A stretch of DNA of 64,000 nucleotides. It comes from Octopus sinensis (lineage: Eukaryota). Within the stretch, counting starts at the first letter, position 1. Each line of letters begins with the position of its first letter. The stretch spans positions 31,744,001 through 31,808,000 of the forward strand of contig NC_043008.1 of NCBI RefSeq assembly GCF_006345805.1, written 5' to 3'. Under the pieces are notes generated by a model that was given only the letters and a program-made list of their open reading frames with translations, had not been told where the DNA came from and did not search any database. Positions 51,505 to 63,639 of the stretch are shown here, in pieces. Both the position numbers and the translations under genes were made by a program.

Positions 51505-51721
51505 ATGTTACATTACTCGGTAGTCAAGATAAAACTCTGAGTTTCAGATGCCGAAGTGGAAATCCACAACACCATCTCTTCGGTTATCTGGCTATTTGAA
51601 AACGTTTTCATAACGTTTTCAAATAGCCAGATAACCGAAGAGATGGTGTTGTGGATTTCCACTTCGGCATCTGAAACTCAGAGTTTTATCTTGACTACCG
51701 AGTAATGTAACATATTGTATA
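51497..51721. repeat. Perfect inverted repeat with 110-bp arms and a 5-nt spacer (TTCAT), built from a PLE pLTR
   Basis: 51497-51606 is the exact reverse complement of 51612-51721. Confidence 0.97.
51630..51690 (+). ncRNA. Type I hammerhead motif with U4C core (CCGAAGA); mirror copy at 51528-51588 (-)
   Basis: GATAA-CCGAAGA-GATG...CATC-T-GAAAC-TCAGAGT-T-TTATC; homologous to 63503-63563. Confidence 0.55.
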
Positions 51722-51787
51722 GATAAATTTCCTCTATTTACATAATATTGAGGTCTCTGTCTTTCTTTTGTTACCTTACCGTTTTAT

Positions 51788-51840
<53 letters not shown>

Positions 51841-51846
<6 letters not shown>

Positions 51847-52720
51847 GTAACAATTATTCGGTAGCCATGATAAAACTCCGAGCTTCGGATGTCGGGGCGG
51901 AAACCCACGCGGCCATCTCTTATCCGCCCCCCTCATAGTGTTTAAAAATTTAGTTAAAAACATTAGCAAAAGAATTTCTAGCCTCTCCTCCGATAGGGAC
52001 ATTTTTAATAGCGTTGCACCAGTATATAATAAGGCCCTAAAAGAGTGGTTTTAGCGAGAAAATAACCTATACCCCTGCTACCAGTCCAATAATAAAGAAG
52101 AGGAAACATAGGAAAAGGAAAACTATCTTGTTCACACCCCACTACTCGCCCGAAGTGACCTTCAATATAGGCAAGTATTTCTTAGCACTGATAGATAGAC
52201 ATTTTCCAGTCTACTATAGTTACAGAAAGCTCAATAGACATAACTTAAAAATCAGTTTCAGCTCAACTACTAATTTTAAAAATATAATCACACACAACAC
52301 ACAGAAACCACAATATGAAACCAGCTGTTCATGCATGGATAAATATTTGTGCCCGCTAAATGGAGCTTGCATGTCCGAGACCATTATTTATGAAGCCATC
52401 TTGGACTCTATATCCACTAAGGACACGGTTTCGACGAAGAAATACGTGGGCCTTACAGAGAGTAATTTCAAGGCCAGGTTCAATAATCACACCTTGAGCT
52501 TCAGGCACTGAGATAAAAGGAAAACGACCAAATTATCCAGTCATATATGGTCCTTAAAAGATAAAGGTGTCAGTTACAACATCGATTGGAAGATTTTAGC
52601 GAAGTGTAATCCCTACACCAACGGCAGTGGAAAGTGCGGTCTTTGTGATATGGAAAAATAGCTCATCTAGAAAAACAGTTTAGACCCTGCCGCATGTCTA
52701 AATTCAAGAACTGAACCTTT
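51841..52720 (+). mobile_element. Penelope-like element (Naiad-type motif pattern): inverted pLTR, RT thumb region, GIY-YIG
   Basis: ISKRIS.LSSD..IF...AP.YNKAL, RKRK.I.F.P.YS..V..NIGK.FL.LID.HFP, C.C....CPLNG.C...IIY.A, YVGLTE..FK.R.NNH..SF, C.LC..EK. Confidence 0.8.
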
Positions 52721-54139
52721 TCTCTAATCACGTTTAAGCGTTACCGACGGGCTAAGTAACGCAATGTTTTGTGTAGTTGTGTGTTTTTGCACATGTGCGT
52801 AGATGGGATGGTAGGGTGTTTGAGAGGCAGTCCGAAAGGTGTGTGAATGGACGGGTGTGGATGTAAGTGTATGTATGTGCGCGTGTTGATATATGTACGT
52901 TGACGGAGTGGGAATGTGTGTATGTGTGTGTATGTATGTGTGTATGTGTGTGTATGTATGTGTACGGGTGCGTGTGTGTGTCCGACTCACTGTGTCACCC
53001 TGTCTCTCTCTTCACTATCTCTCTCTCTCTGTATATGTGTGCGTGTGGGGATGTGTGTGTATGTGCGTGTGAGTGTGGGAGTGTATTATGAGTGTGGGAG
53101 TGTGTGCATGTATGTGTAAGTATGTGTGTTCCTGTGGGGATGTGTGCGTGTGAGCTGTGTGTGAAAGTGTATGCATGTGTGTGTATGTGAGTGTGTGCGT
53201 GTGTGTACGTGTGTGTATGCATGTGTGCGTGTGCTTATATGAAAATAAGATAAAATAGATTTAAATAAAAGAGAAAAGTGGAGAAAAAGTTCAAGATAAA
53301 AATAAAAAGTACAAAATAATAAATAATAAATAAAAGATACAAGATTAAAAAAATAAAAAATAAAGACATAAATACACACACACACATATCTTGGAGTGAA
53401 ATGTGTGATACGTGGTTTGTGGTTTATCACTGAAATCTATACGATATAACCAACACAAACTTGTATTACAGGTTTTGTGTTCTTGCTCTTGATTGAGAAC
53501 AATATACTAGGGGGCAACGACCCACAGGTATTCAATGTAGGCTGTAACATGAAATACATTTTTGCTGTTGGTTTTAGTTGAGAAAGCGTGGAGCTGGGTA
53601 TATCTTCTCCAGATCGCTTTAATATATGTCACGATCTAAAGAGAGAGCGTGTGTATGATCGCTTGACTTATTGGAAAGAGCTATCAAATTTCTATCAACG
53701 TCTTGAAATTAAATGAATCCTTTGACTAGCTGAATCACAAGCTTCAGAAACGTTATGTTGGGAAAATAGGACTTGCTGGTCACGTCTAAAACACCTTTGT
53801 TCATAAATATAATTGATCAGACGTAATCTAGGGCTACGATAAAACAACGATGATAACAATAGCTAGCCTGTACTATTTTGAATAATAATATATAAAAAAA
53901 AAAGAAAAAAAAAGAAGGCATGAAAGCAACTAATTTTCTCTCAAACCAGCATATTTCTAAATTGATGAGTTCCTCACCAACTATTATCCCCTTCTAACAA
54001 AATACTTCTGTTTTCACCTTCCACTCTCTTCAGTGTCTATTCTTGAGCCCTCATCTCCTCTCTTTCAGAAAAGTTCGTAACATGAGTGAAATTCTGGTCA
54101 GAAGTTCCTTCACCTTTAGTTATACACAGATACAAGTGT

Positions 54140-54342
54140 TACTAAACACTTTCAAACTTCAGACACTGGTAGAATGTGTCATATAAAACATCTTTTACTC
54201 TTAGCATTTTTGAGAAAAACTTATATTTGCGAAGTTATTTCACGTTAAAGGTCTCGTATTTCGGTAATTTCAACCAATCAATGACGTGTATTCAACTGAA
54301 TAAAATTACTACCTAAATCTGTAGGTCAAAAGGTAAAGATCC
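54140..54342. mobile_element. Internally deleted derivative of the 1639-2298 foldback
   Basis: Left-arm sequence joined directly to the terminal aaatctg..ggtc.aaaggtaaagatcc. Confidence 0.75.
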
Positions 54343-54354
54343 GTATTGGCGATG

Positions 54355-54461
54355 GAGGTGGTGGTGGTGGTGGTGGTGGTGGTGGTGGTAGCAGCAGCCG
54401 CAGCAGCCGCAGCAGCCGCAGCAGCCGAGGCAGCCGCAGCAGCAGCAGCAGCAGCAGTAGC

Positions 54462-54524
<63 letters not shown>

Positions 54525-54552
54525 TGTAGTAGTAGTAGTAGTAGTAGTAGTT
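54355..54552. repeat. Compound (GTG)n-(GCAGCAGCC)n-(GCA)n-(GTA)n repeat
   Basis: Visible directly. Confidence 0.95.
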
Positions 54553-55214
54553 GTTTATCCCTTGCTACTGCTGCTGCTGTTATCCGATATCTTGCCCTTC
54601 AACCATTTTCCTGTGATACTAGGGTTAAAGTATGTGTTATCATTTGGTGTTCTGAAGTACTTAACAAACTTGTTGACTGATATATCTTAAATATTGGTTG
54701 TATCTAGAGTGAGTAGTTGTCTGTATTATCAAATGTGAGGACATTACGTACGTTGTTATAGGTTTACCCATCATACACACACACACACACACAATAACAA
54801 AGAGAGTGAAGTTAGCAAGTTTATAACATAAATTTACAATTGTTTCATCGACATTCGAACTTAGGCATTGCTGTATGCTTCTTTATATCGATGCAATCGA
54901 ATGTCGACTCATCAGAATCATCTATAAAATTCATTTGCTACAGAAAACGTGTGTTATCACGGATATAAACCTATAGCAAATGTTTATATGAATTGATTCG
55001 CATATCACAAGATAAAGAAAGAAATATAATGGAAACACAATAAAACACAGTTTCAATTAACTGGTCAATACATATGTTGAGAAAGAGAGAAAAGTATAAA
55101 CATAAAACAATAAGATAAGTCATCAGATAATGTTTTCTGTCTCCAGAAAACGCATAAATCATTTGGCTTGATAATGATCTGTGTTCTTTAATTATTCTTT
55201 TAAATGATAGATAT

Positions 55215-55677
55215 GGTTCTTTGAGTCGTTACCAATCTCTGTTCTTCTCTCTTTGTTGTAGCCCATGTTTCACTACCATATAACATTGCAGGTAGAACTG
55301 TACTGTTGATGAGGTTGGCGCGGGTGAGGTCAATGCTTGGAATCATGTTGAGAGAGCACATCAGTAACAAGGTCATCAGAGAGAAGTCCGGCGTGAGGGA
55401 TGTCATAGTAGAATATACACGCAACAAGTTTAGATGGGCTGGACACGTCACCCGGCTCACCGATAATCAGTGGACCCGCGCAGTTGTCGAGTGGTACCCG
55501 CGCGAACGGAAACGACCACTCGGAAGGCCTCCACGACGGTGGAGTTACGATTTCAGGAGGACGATTGGGATCACGTGGATGAGAAAAGCGCAATCCATAG
55601 AGGAGTGGACAGCGTGCTGTGACCAGCGGTGTCAAATGGACACCTGATGGACAGGTCAGTCAAGGTGATCAAGGTGA
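55215..55677 (+). mobile_element. RTE-clade LINE 3' end with inverted 5' segment and 10-bp TSD
   Basis: Minus 55215-55326: RANLINSTVLPAMLYGSETW..TKREEQRL..TQR. Plus 55327-55647: RSMLG..LR..I.N..IR..SGV.D...RWAGHV.R....W...P...KRP.GRP..RW. (caaggtgat)n tail; TGATAGATAT / TGACAGATAT flanks. Confidence 0.9.
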
Positions 55678-55909
55678 TGACAGATATCTTCAGATATAGT
55701 TCTGCAGATGTATAGGATGTAAAGGTATAACTATATTTCTTGTCTCCCGTATCTTAAGTATCTAAGCGTTGTAGCGGTAATATATAGCAATCAGATCACT
55801 ATATCCGATGTCGCGGTTCGTTAGAATATTATCCACGTGATCGAAAATAACATTACAATGACACATATATCATATTTCTTTGATTTATTTTATAGTTTTT
55901 CTACATTAG

Positions 55910-55965
<56 letters not shown>

Positions 55966-56217
55966 CTTAAATTATTATTGGCTTTTGTTGTTTCGATGTG
56001 TTACATAGCATGTTGGTTGTTGGTTGCGTACGTCTATATTTCTGAATACAGAAATGTCTATTTATTTATTTATTTATTTATTTATCTATTTATTTATTCA
56101 TTGCCTGTGAAAATGCAAACCTCCTTATGAAGTCTCTTGAACAAACAGCTCGATTTCTATTTATTATTTTATATTGTCAATAAATTTAAGAAATTCTTGT
56201 TATTTTTAATTATTTAT

Positions 56218-56253
<36 letters not shown>

Positions 56254-59200
56254 TATTATTTATTTTACATTTTATTTATTTATTTCATTTTGCTAAAACT
56301 AGTTATCAGAAAAAATAAGTTTGTCTTATAGAAATTAACTTTATGACAGAGAAAGGAAAAGATAAGCAGATTTTATGTAGGGATACCCAAAGACATAAAA
56401 TTTATTCCAGGGGCTCACCAAGTGTAAAACGGCGGGGAAACACTACCCTATCGTCTTCAAAAAAAAAAACGGTTAAATGTTGTCCTGTGATTCCTGCACA
56501 TTGAAAAACAATGGATGGTCACGGTTAGAATGCATCATTGGCTTGCTTGATCAGGGCTTACCTAAGACTAAACAACACCAAGGTATCAACGACTGAGCCT
56601 CTCTGTCATCAGTTGACCAGCAAAAAAGAGCAGTCAATTCTCCCCCAAGTCATACCCTACTAATTTAAATAAAACAACGCAATTCCATGCATAGTTCTAA
56701 TATGATAGGACAGTCACGGCTGGAATGTCTTTGATAAATTTTACTTGGTAATAGTTGAATTACTTGACAAAATATGACCATACCCAAGTTGATTTACTGC
56801 TAAGTAATAATGATGCTATAAGGGACTTAACTGCAAATAAAGGAAGGCTTATGTGGCACTACTCAATTCAAAGACACAGTATTCAGCAGCACAATAGTAA
56901 TGAGGAAAATAAACGTAATTATAACCTTACTAGCCCTTCAGTGATATTTTACCCCGTGTGGACAGATGGTCGTATAATTTATTGTAAAGGGTTTCTCCTG
57001 AGGATTTAGTCCTCCTCTGACATGCTAGATAACCACGGTTGCTCCATTCATGGGACAGGCATGGCCGTCTGATCAAAGTTTTTTTCGCAGTACATAGTAA
57101 GAAGTTTGCTTCTCGACCACATGATTCCGGATTAAATCCCACTACGTGGCACCTTGGGCTAGTGTCTTCTACGATAGCCTCGGGCCGACTAAAGCCTTGT
57201 GAGTGGGTTTGGTAGACGGAAACTGAAAGAAGCCCGTCGTGTTTATAAAAGTATAAATGTGTGTGTGTGTTTGTCTTCCACCACTGCTTGACAACTGGTG
57301 TTGGTGTGCTTACGTCCCCGTAACTTAGCGGTCCAGCAAAAATGACCGATAGAATAAGTACCAGGCTTTAAAAAATAGTACTAAAGTTGATTCATTCGAC
57401 TAAAGTTCTTCTAAGCGGTTCCCCAGCATGGCTGCAGTCTAATGACTGAAACAATTAAAAGATAATAGAGATAAAATATTGGGTTCTATTCTCATCGTGG
57501 ACCCGAGACAAGACTCTTTAACTCTAACCTCGGATCAGTCCAAGTTTTCTTGTGTGAAATAGGCAGACGAAAACTGTACGGAAGCCATCGCATGGATTAT
57601 ATTTGATGAGCCGTGGTTTGCTCTTCTTTGCTTTATCAGTGTTTTAGATTCATATGCACTGCACTTCCCCTTCTAACAAAGATAAAATAAAAACAAATGG
57701 AAAATAGTTAAGTTAATGTTGGTTTCGCATTTTTGCATAAGGCCAGTAATTTCGAAGGGAGAATAAGTCGATTACATCGACCCAGTGCTCATTTTTTCGT
57801 TCCTGAAAGGATGAAAGGCAAAGTCGACCTCGGCGGAATTTGAACTCAGAACATAAAGACAGACGAAACGCAAAGACGGTCGATATTTTCAAATTTCAAA
57901 TGGCCTTAAAAGTATTTCTTTAAAGATAGGAGGCCATTCTACTTCGTCAAAGAAAAAAGAAAGAAGGGTAAATATCATTTATGTCGGTTATCAGTGATAG
58001 ATAAATCCTTAAACCTTTGTTCTTTATACAATGATTAAATGATTATAGCATTAGAATTTTCTTTATTACAATTTGAAGTTGTTACTATCATTGTAAGACA
58101 ACCAACGTGCAATTTACTTTTTAAGCACAAAGGTCTGATATATTCTCTTTTTTCTTTGTTTTGGTTTTTATTTAATTTTTTAAAAAGTAGATAGCATTAT
58201 TGATTTGTACGTGCATGATTGATTAACGTGGCAGTTATGTAGCTAAGCACCCACTTCGTAGATAAAAGCATTTCCAAGGACGGTGGGGACACATCACTTG
58301 CGTAACAAAAAAAAATGTATTGTTTAACTTGCAATGCAGACTTAATGTCTTTATGTGCACTTATGTATGTACATCTGCATGCGCGCGCGTGTACATGGGC
58401 ATAATTGGGATTCATCATACTAAAACCAAACCAATAAATGGCGCCAGTAAGCCATTTTGTTTTTACAATTACAGTTAATTTCTATTATGGCATTGAAACT
58501 GTTTCAATACATACATATAATAGATAAAATATACAAACAAAATATATATAGATACATTAAAACCGTAAAACAATACAAAGATGTATAAGCATTTATCGAA
58601 GTAAAATGATTCTAATTAAATGGAACTTTAAATGAAATTCCTTATTTACGCAGGGTTTTGTTTGTTTTTTTTTTCAGCTACATTCACGAACAGTCTTGAA
58701 CTTTATTTTCCTACTTTTGACGATGCAAACACACCAATATTCTCAAAGCTGTGTTTTCAATTTTCTCGCATGCAGTGTAGTCTAATGCTGGCTATCTGAA
58801 GCTCTCAGCAGTAAGATCAAAGTAATATGTGGACAATTTTGTCATAGCTGGCAACTAAAAAAAAAAATTGCACTAGGGAGCATTATCTGAATTGCTACAC
58901 TCAAATTTGTAAAAAAAAAAATGAAACAAAAGAAGAAAGAAAAGAAGAAAAAAAAGAAAAACATTTCCGTATTTCTGTACTAAAAAATAAAACTTGAAGA
59001 GTTACTCAGCTAAAGGTTAGAGCAATTTAAACATTATTACTAATTACTAATAATTAATAATATTTAATATTATTACTAATTAGTGCCCACCCAGAATATA
59101 TTCCAAGCTCCCCCAAACACTAAAGACGGCGATGGCCTGCATAAAGCATATACCTATTTACATCAGTGCTATAAAACTGTGCAAGACTGAGATAATTTTC

Positions 59201-59261
59201 TTTTAAGATATTTACGTTATGAAAGACCTGATTTGTCCAGTTTGAACATAAAACGGGAAGA

Positions 59262-59910
59262 ATATTTGGGACTGATATGGCTGTTTCGAATAGTAATGAG
59301 TTAAACCTTTTTGCTAATACCTTGACCAAAATCTTCAATCCTGAGTTAAGTAGAGTGATGGACCTGAAATTGTCTATCTTGTTTGGGTTCTTTTTTGCAG
59401 CACCATGACCCCACGGTTCACATATTTGGATATAAACCCGTTCTGCTGCAAGTTGGTGTAAACGCATGCCAGTAGGTGCCCAAACAAGTATGGCATTCTG
59501 TAATAAAGTTCGTAGGGAAGACCATCCAGTCCAGGCGACTTGTCCCCGCCACAGTCCGATAAGGCCTCCTCCGCCTCTGCACCTGTGATCGGTCCCTCAC
59601 AGCATTCCGCTTCTCGCCCCGAGAGACGTGACAAACCGGCGAGGAAGTCCGTGAGGTCAATCCTGCGCTCCGGTCCACCACCTCTCCCGAAAAGCTGGGC
59701 AAAATACTCCAGAAAAACCTTACACATTTCCTCGGGTTCGGTTACCAAACACTCCTGCTGATTCGTCAAATACCTTATTGTGACATCATAGCCACTTTGG
59801 GTCTCTATCTCACGAGCCTATCCGACAGGCATTACCATCGAAGGCCGATAGCTATACCTCTTCCTTCGGTGACTTCGGACACGACTGGCCCTCTCCAGTT
59901 CTCAGCAGAA
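59262..59910 (-). mobile_element. Tx1/L1-clade LINE ORF2 fragment (RT N-terminal region)
   Basis: EGPIT..E..EAL......KSPGLDGLPYELY, NFRSITLLN...KIL.KVLA.R. Confidence 0.9.
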
Positions 59911-59914
59911 TATA

Positions 59915-60305
59915 TATCGCAGCATCCTAAAAGCATACATAAAAGAAAATTGGAAATGATTCCTAGACGACTGTTTCATCCTCTGGAATGAAAACACAGA
60001 CAAACTCCTGAAATTCAAAAGACTATTGAATAGCATCAACCCAAACATACAGTTCACAATGGAATACAACCAAAAGGAGCTCCCATTATTGGATATACGA
60101 ATTAAAAAATAAACCTAAAAACAGAAACAGACATATTCTACAAAACCACAGACGCCAAACAATATTATTTAATTCATGCCACCCAAGACACACCAAAACA
60201 AACATCCCCTATTACCTTGCAAGAAAGATATGCACAATAGTGTCAGAAAAAAATACCTCAGACTGCAAGAACTCAAAAACACCCTGATATACAGGCATTA
60301 CCCAG
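59915..60305 (+). mobile_element. Penelope-like RT fragment, same family as 12115-12514
   Basis: FLDDCFILW, INPNIQFTME, CHPRHTKTNIPY.LAR.IC.IV. Confidence 0.88.
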
Positions 60306-60829
60306 GCTATAGTAAGTGACAGTAATCCAAGGTACCACGCGGTGGGACTGAACCCCGAACCATGTCGTTGGGAATTAAATTTCTTACCACACAGCCACAG
60401 TTTGCGCCATTATGATGAAGATTAACAAAATTTACAAATTTGGCGATTCATACACTGTTCACATTGTTAGCTGATACCTGATGACATGTTTTTGTCTGGT
60501 TAGGTTGACATTGTCTCTTTGACCTAACACGAAGAAAGAACAATGTAATTGTCCGGAGAGAAAGAGAGAGTGATGTGTGATGGAGGGGAGAAATTGTTGA
60601 AATATAGGCAGACAGATAGGCAGAGATAAGTGGTATAATTTACGCACATATATTGGTGTAAATTTCTCTTGCTTAAATTGCCTGTAATAGTCAGCCTGCT
60701 TATCAAGGAGCTGGATGGGGTGTTTGAGTGTATCAAGTATGTGTAGCTGTTGTCTGATTTCTATTAATGTAGAAGTAACTATGTGTATGTTTAAGTGAGT
60801 GTGTCTGTTTTTTGAAGTATGCATATTTA

Positions 60830-60992
60830 GGCACAGGCGTGGCTGTGTGGTAAGTAGCTTGCTTCCCAGCAATATGGTTCCGATTTCAATCTCACTGCGT
60901 GGTACTTTGGGCAAGTGTCTTCAACTATAGCCTCGGGCTGACCAAAGCCTTGTCAGTGGATTTGATGGACGGAAACTGAAAAGAAGCCCGAC

Positions 60993-61069
<77 letters not shown>

Positions 61070-62740
61070 ATTTGGCTCAAAAGCAAATAGCAAGGCCATG
61101 TAGGGGGACATGGAGTTAAGTACAGGGTGGTGTTCATGTAAAGAGTTCAGGCCACTTGAGGTCCAGGGAGGCTTTGAACAAAGCGGTCGTCGGCATCTTC
61201 ACCATCTCGTCTGGCAGCTTGTTCCACGGATCCGCAACCCGGACGGAGAAAGCTCCTCTCCTTCGATTGAGATGAAATCGTCGCAGGTAGAGCTTTTCGG
61301 AATGACCCCGCAGCCGACGCTCCGGAGCAGGAGTGAAGAACAGCTCTTTCGAGAGGTTACACTTCCCGCTTATGATGTTGTGGGCGAGAATGAGATCACC
61401 ACGGCGGCGGCGTTTTTCAAGAGAACAAAGGTCGAGCGTCCTCAGCCTTTCTTCGTAGGACAAATTTTTGAGACCATGAACCATGCGGGTAGCCAGCCTC
61501 TGGACTCTTTCGAGGTGCTGTATGTCTTTGAGGAGATAAGGAGAAGAGGCTTGAATCCCGTACTCCAATATGGGTCTCACCAGCGTGAGTGGCAGGAATA
61601 TGGCTGCTGTGAGCATTCCTAATGACCGTCGAATCAAAAACAGAATTCCGCGCGCTTTGTTGGCAGCATGGACGCACTGGGCCGAAGGCGAAAAGGAGGA
61701 ATCCACCAAGATACCCAGGTCCTTTACCTGATCGGTCCTCTCCAGCAGCAGACGACCCGGCTCGAAATCAAGTTGAGTTGCAGGAGTAGAGCCGACAGGC
61801 AGATGACAGCACTTTGACACGTTCAGACACAGGTCCCAATCGTTAGACCACTTCCAAATTTGGTGGAGGCATCGACGAAGATCCTCTATACTACCGCGAG
61901 GAGCGACCAGTTTGATATCGTCGGCAAATAGAAGGGTGTGTTGCGTGAGGTCGTCGGGCAAGTAATTTATGAAGACTAAGAACAACAAGGGCCCAAGCAC
62001 TGAACCTTGAGGCACGCCACTGCTCGCACTGGAGACGTCAGACCGCGAACCATTAACTTGAACTTGGAAGGAGCGATCTGAGAGGAAGGAACCAACCCAT
62101 CGTACAATATCCGGATGGAAACTATATGCTTGAAGCTTGACAAGTAGTAGGCGGTGGTTTACCGAGTCAAAAGCTTTGGCAAAGTCCAATAAAACGATGT
62201 CAACAGCATCACTATCATCGAGGATGCGCGTCACCAATTCTTCCATTACTAGTAAGTTGGTCAAGCATGATCTCTTCGGCACGAAGCCGTGTTGGGAATC
62301 AGTGATCGAGGCTGTGTTTAGGAGGTGGAGCATCATACTTTTCTTAAGGATGGTTTCGAACATCTTGCTGATTATTGATGTAAGGGAAACCGGTCGGTAG
62401 TTTAGCGGGTCTTCGCGGCTCCCTTTCTTGAAAATTGGGCAGATTATCGCTGTTCTCCAGTCTGCAGGTATAACACCCGTCGCCAATATATATATGTATG
62501 TGTGTGTGTGTGTGTGTGTGGTGTGTGTGTGTGTGTGTATTTGCTCCCCCGCTATCGTTTCACAACCTATGTTTGTGTGTTTACGTCCCCGTAACGTAGC
62601 GGTTCGGCAAAAGATACAGGTACAACAAGTACTAGGCTTACAAAAAATAAGTCCTGGGGCCGATAGCTTCGACTTAAAGGCGCTGCTCCAGCATGATCGC
62701 AGTCAATCAAATGACTGAAACAATAAAAAGAATAAAAGAA
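60830..62740 (+). mobile_element. SINE family S1 split by a CR1-like LINE (head 60830-61031, tail 62487-62740)
   Basis: Head and tail halves are collinear around the LINE; junction falls in the central (TA)n. Confidence 0.8.
61032..62486 (-). mobile_element. Young 5'-truncated CR1-like LINE with an uninterrupted 450-codon RT/C-terminal frame and a (TAAC)n tail
   Basis: W..A.I.PIFKKG...P.NYRPVSLTS, QHGF...RSC.TNL, LDFAKAFD.V.H, GVPQGSVLGPLLF, FADD.K, LE.VQR.ATR, RR.RGDLI. Confidence 0.95.
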
Positions 62741-63384
62741 TATGTGTATATGGGAATGTAAGTACGTTCATGTTTGTACTATGTATAGCGCAAACACGCG
62801 CGCGCGTGAGAGAGAGAGAGAGAGAGAGCGAGTGCTTATATCTGTACTTATATGCTTAATGTCTTGTATATTAATATGCATATATGCCCTGGGTATGAGT
62901 GCATATATTAGTGGGGCCCTGGTTTGGGAGTTTGAGTGTTTTGAGCAGTATGGAACCACCTTTTATCTAGTATCGTTCTCAGGTCTACTCTGCCCTGAAG
63001 TAGTAGCACCTGTAATAACCCCAGCTGTAGATTAATTAACATATTAGAGCTTGCTTAGCCATACATGTAAAGGCGACTTGGTGGGCGCTGCGGAAGAAAC
63101 GTTGATAGTTCAACGGACGGAAAGTCGGCTGTTGCAATGCATTGTGGACTGCAGGGAACAAATTGAGGCAAGTATGATATGTTGGACATCCATCTCATTC
63201 GTTTCCATCCTTAGTCATCTTAACCTTGTCTTGTCACTGGATTGGAGATAGTTACGGATGAAAGAGTGAGATTGACAGCGTGCAACTCTTTTCACTCAAA
63301 GCAGAATTACCACGCAAGTCATCAGTCATGCTTAAAGAAGACTAGATGCTCTTCGTCGCTCCGATGCACAAACATGATGTATGC

Positions 63385-63457
<73 letters not shown>

Positions 63458-63502
63458 ATATATATCTGTAAATGTAATATGTGACAATTATTCGGTAGCC
63501 AT

Positions 63503-63563
63503 GATAAAACTCCGAGTTTCGGATGCCGAGGTGGAAATTGACGCCGCCATCTCTTCAGTTATC
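63503..63563 (-). ncRNA. Type I hammerhead ribozyme motif with canonical CUGAAGA core
   Basis: GATAA-CTGAAGA-GATG...CATC-C-GAAAC-TCGGAGT-T-TTATC. Confidence 0.7.
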
Positions 63564-63639
63564 CGGCCATCGGAAAAATTTCATAGCATAACAATAGCAT
63601 GGATAGATTATAATCTATAATTACAGGAAAGTCTATGAC

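Noticed and set aside
52509-52511. In-frame TGA in the Naiad-like endonuclease as a selenocysteine codon
   Set aside because: It is not at a position I recognise as a conserved Cys, further TAG stops follow, and no SECIS was identified; decay is more likely.
54346-54690. PolyVal/polyAla ORF resembling a transcription-factor low-complexity region
   Set aside because: Pure triplet repeat directly after a transposon end, with no flanking domain or credible splice context.
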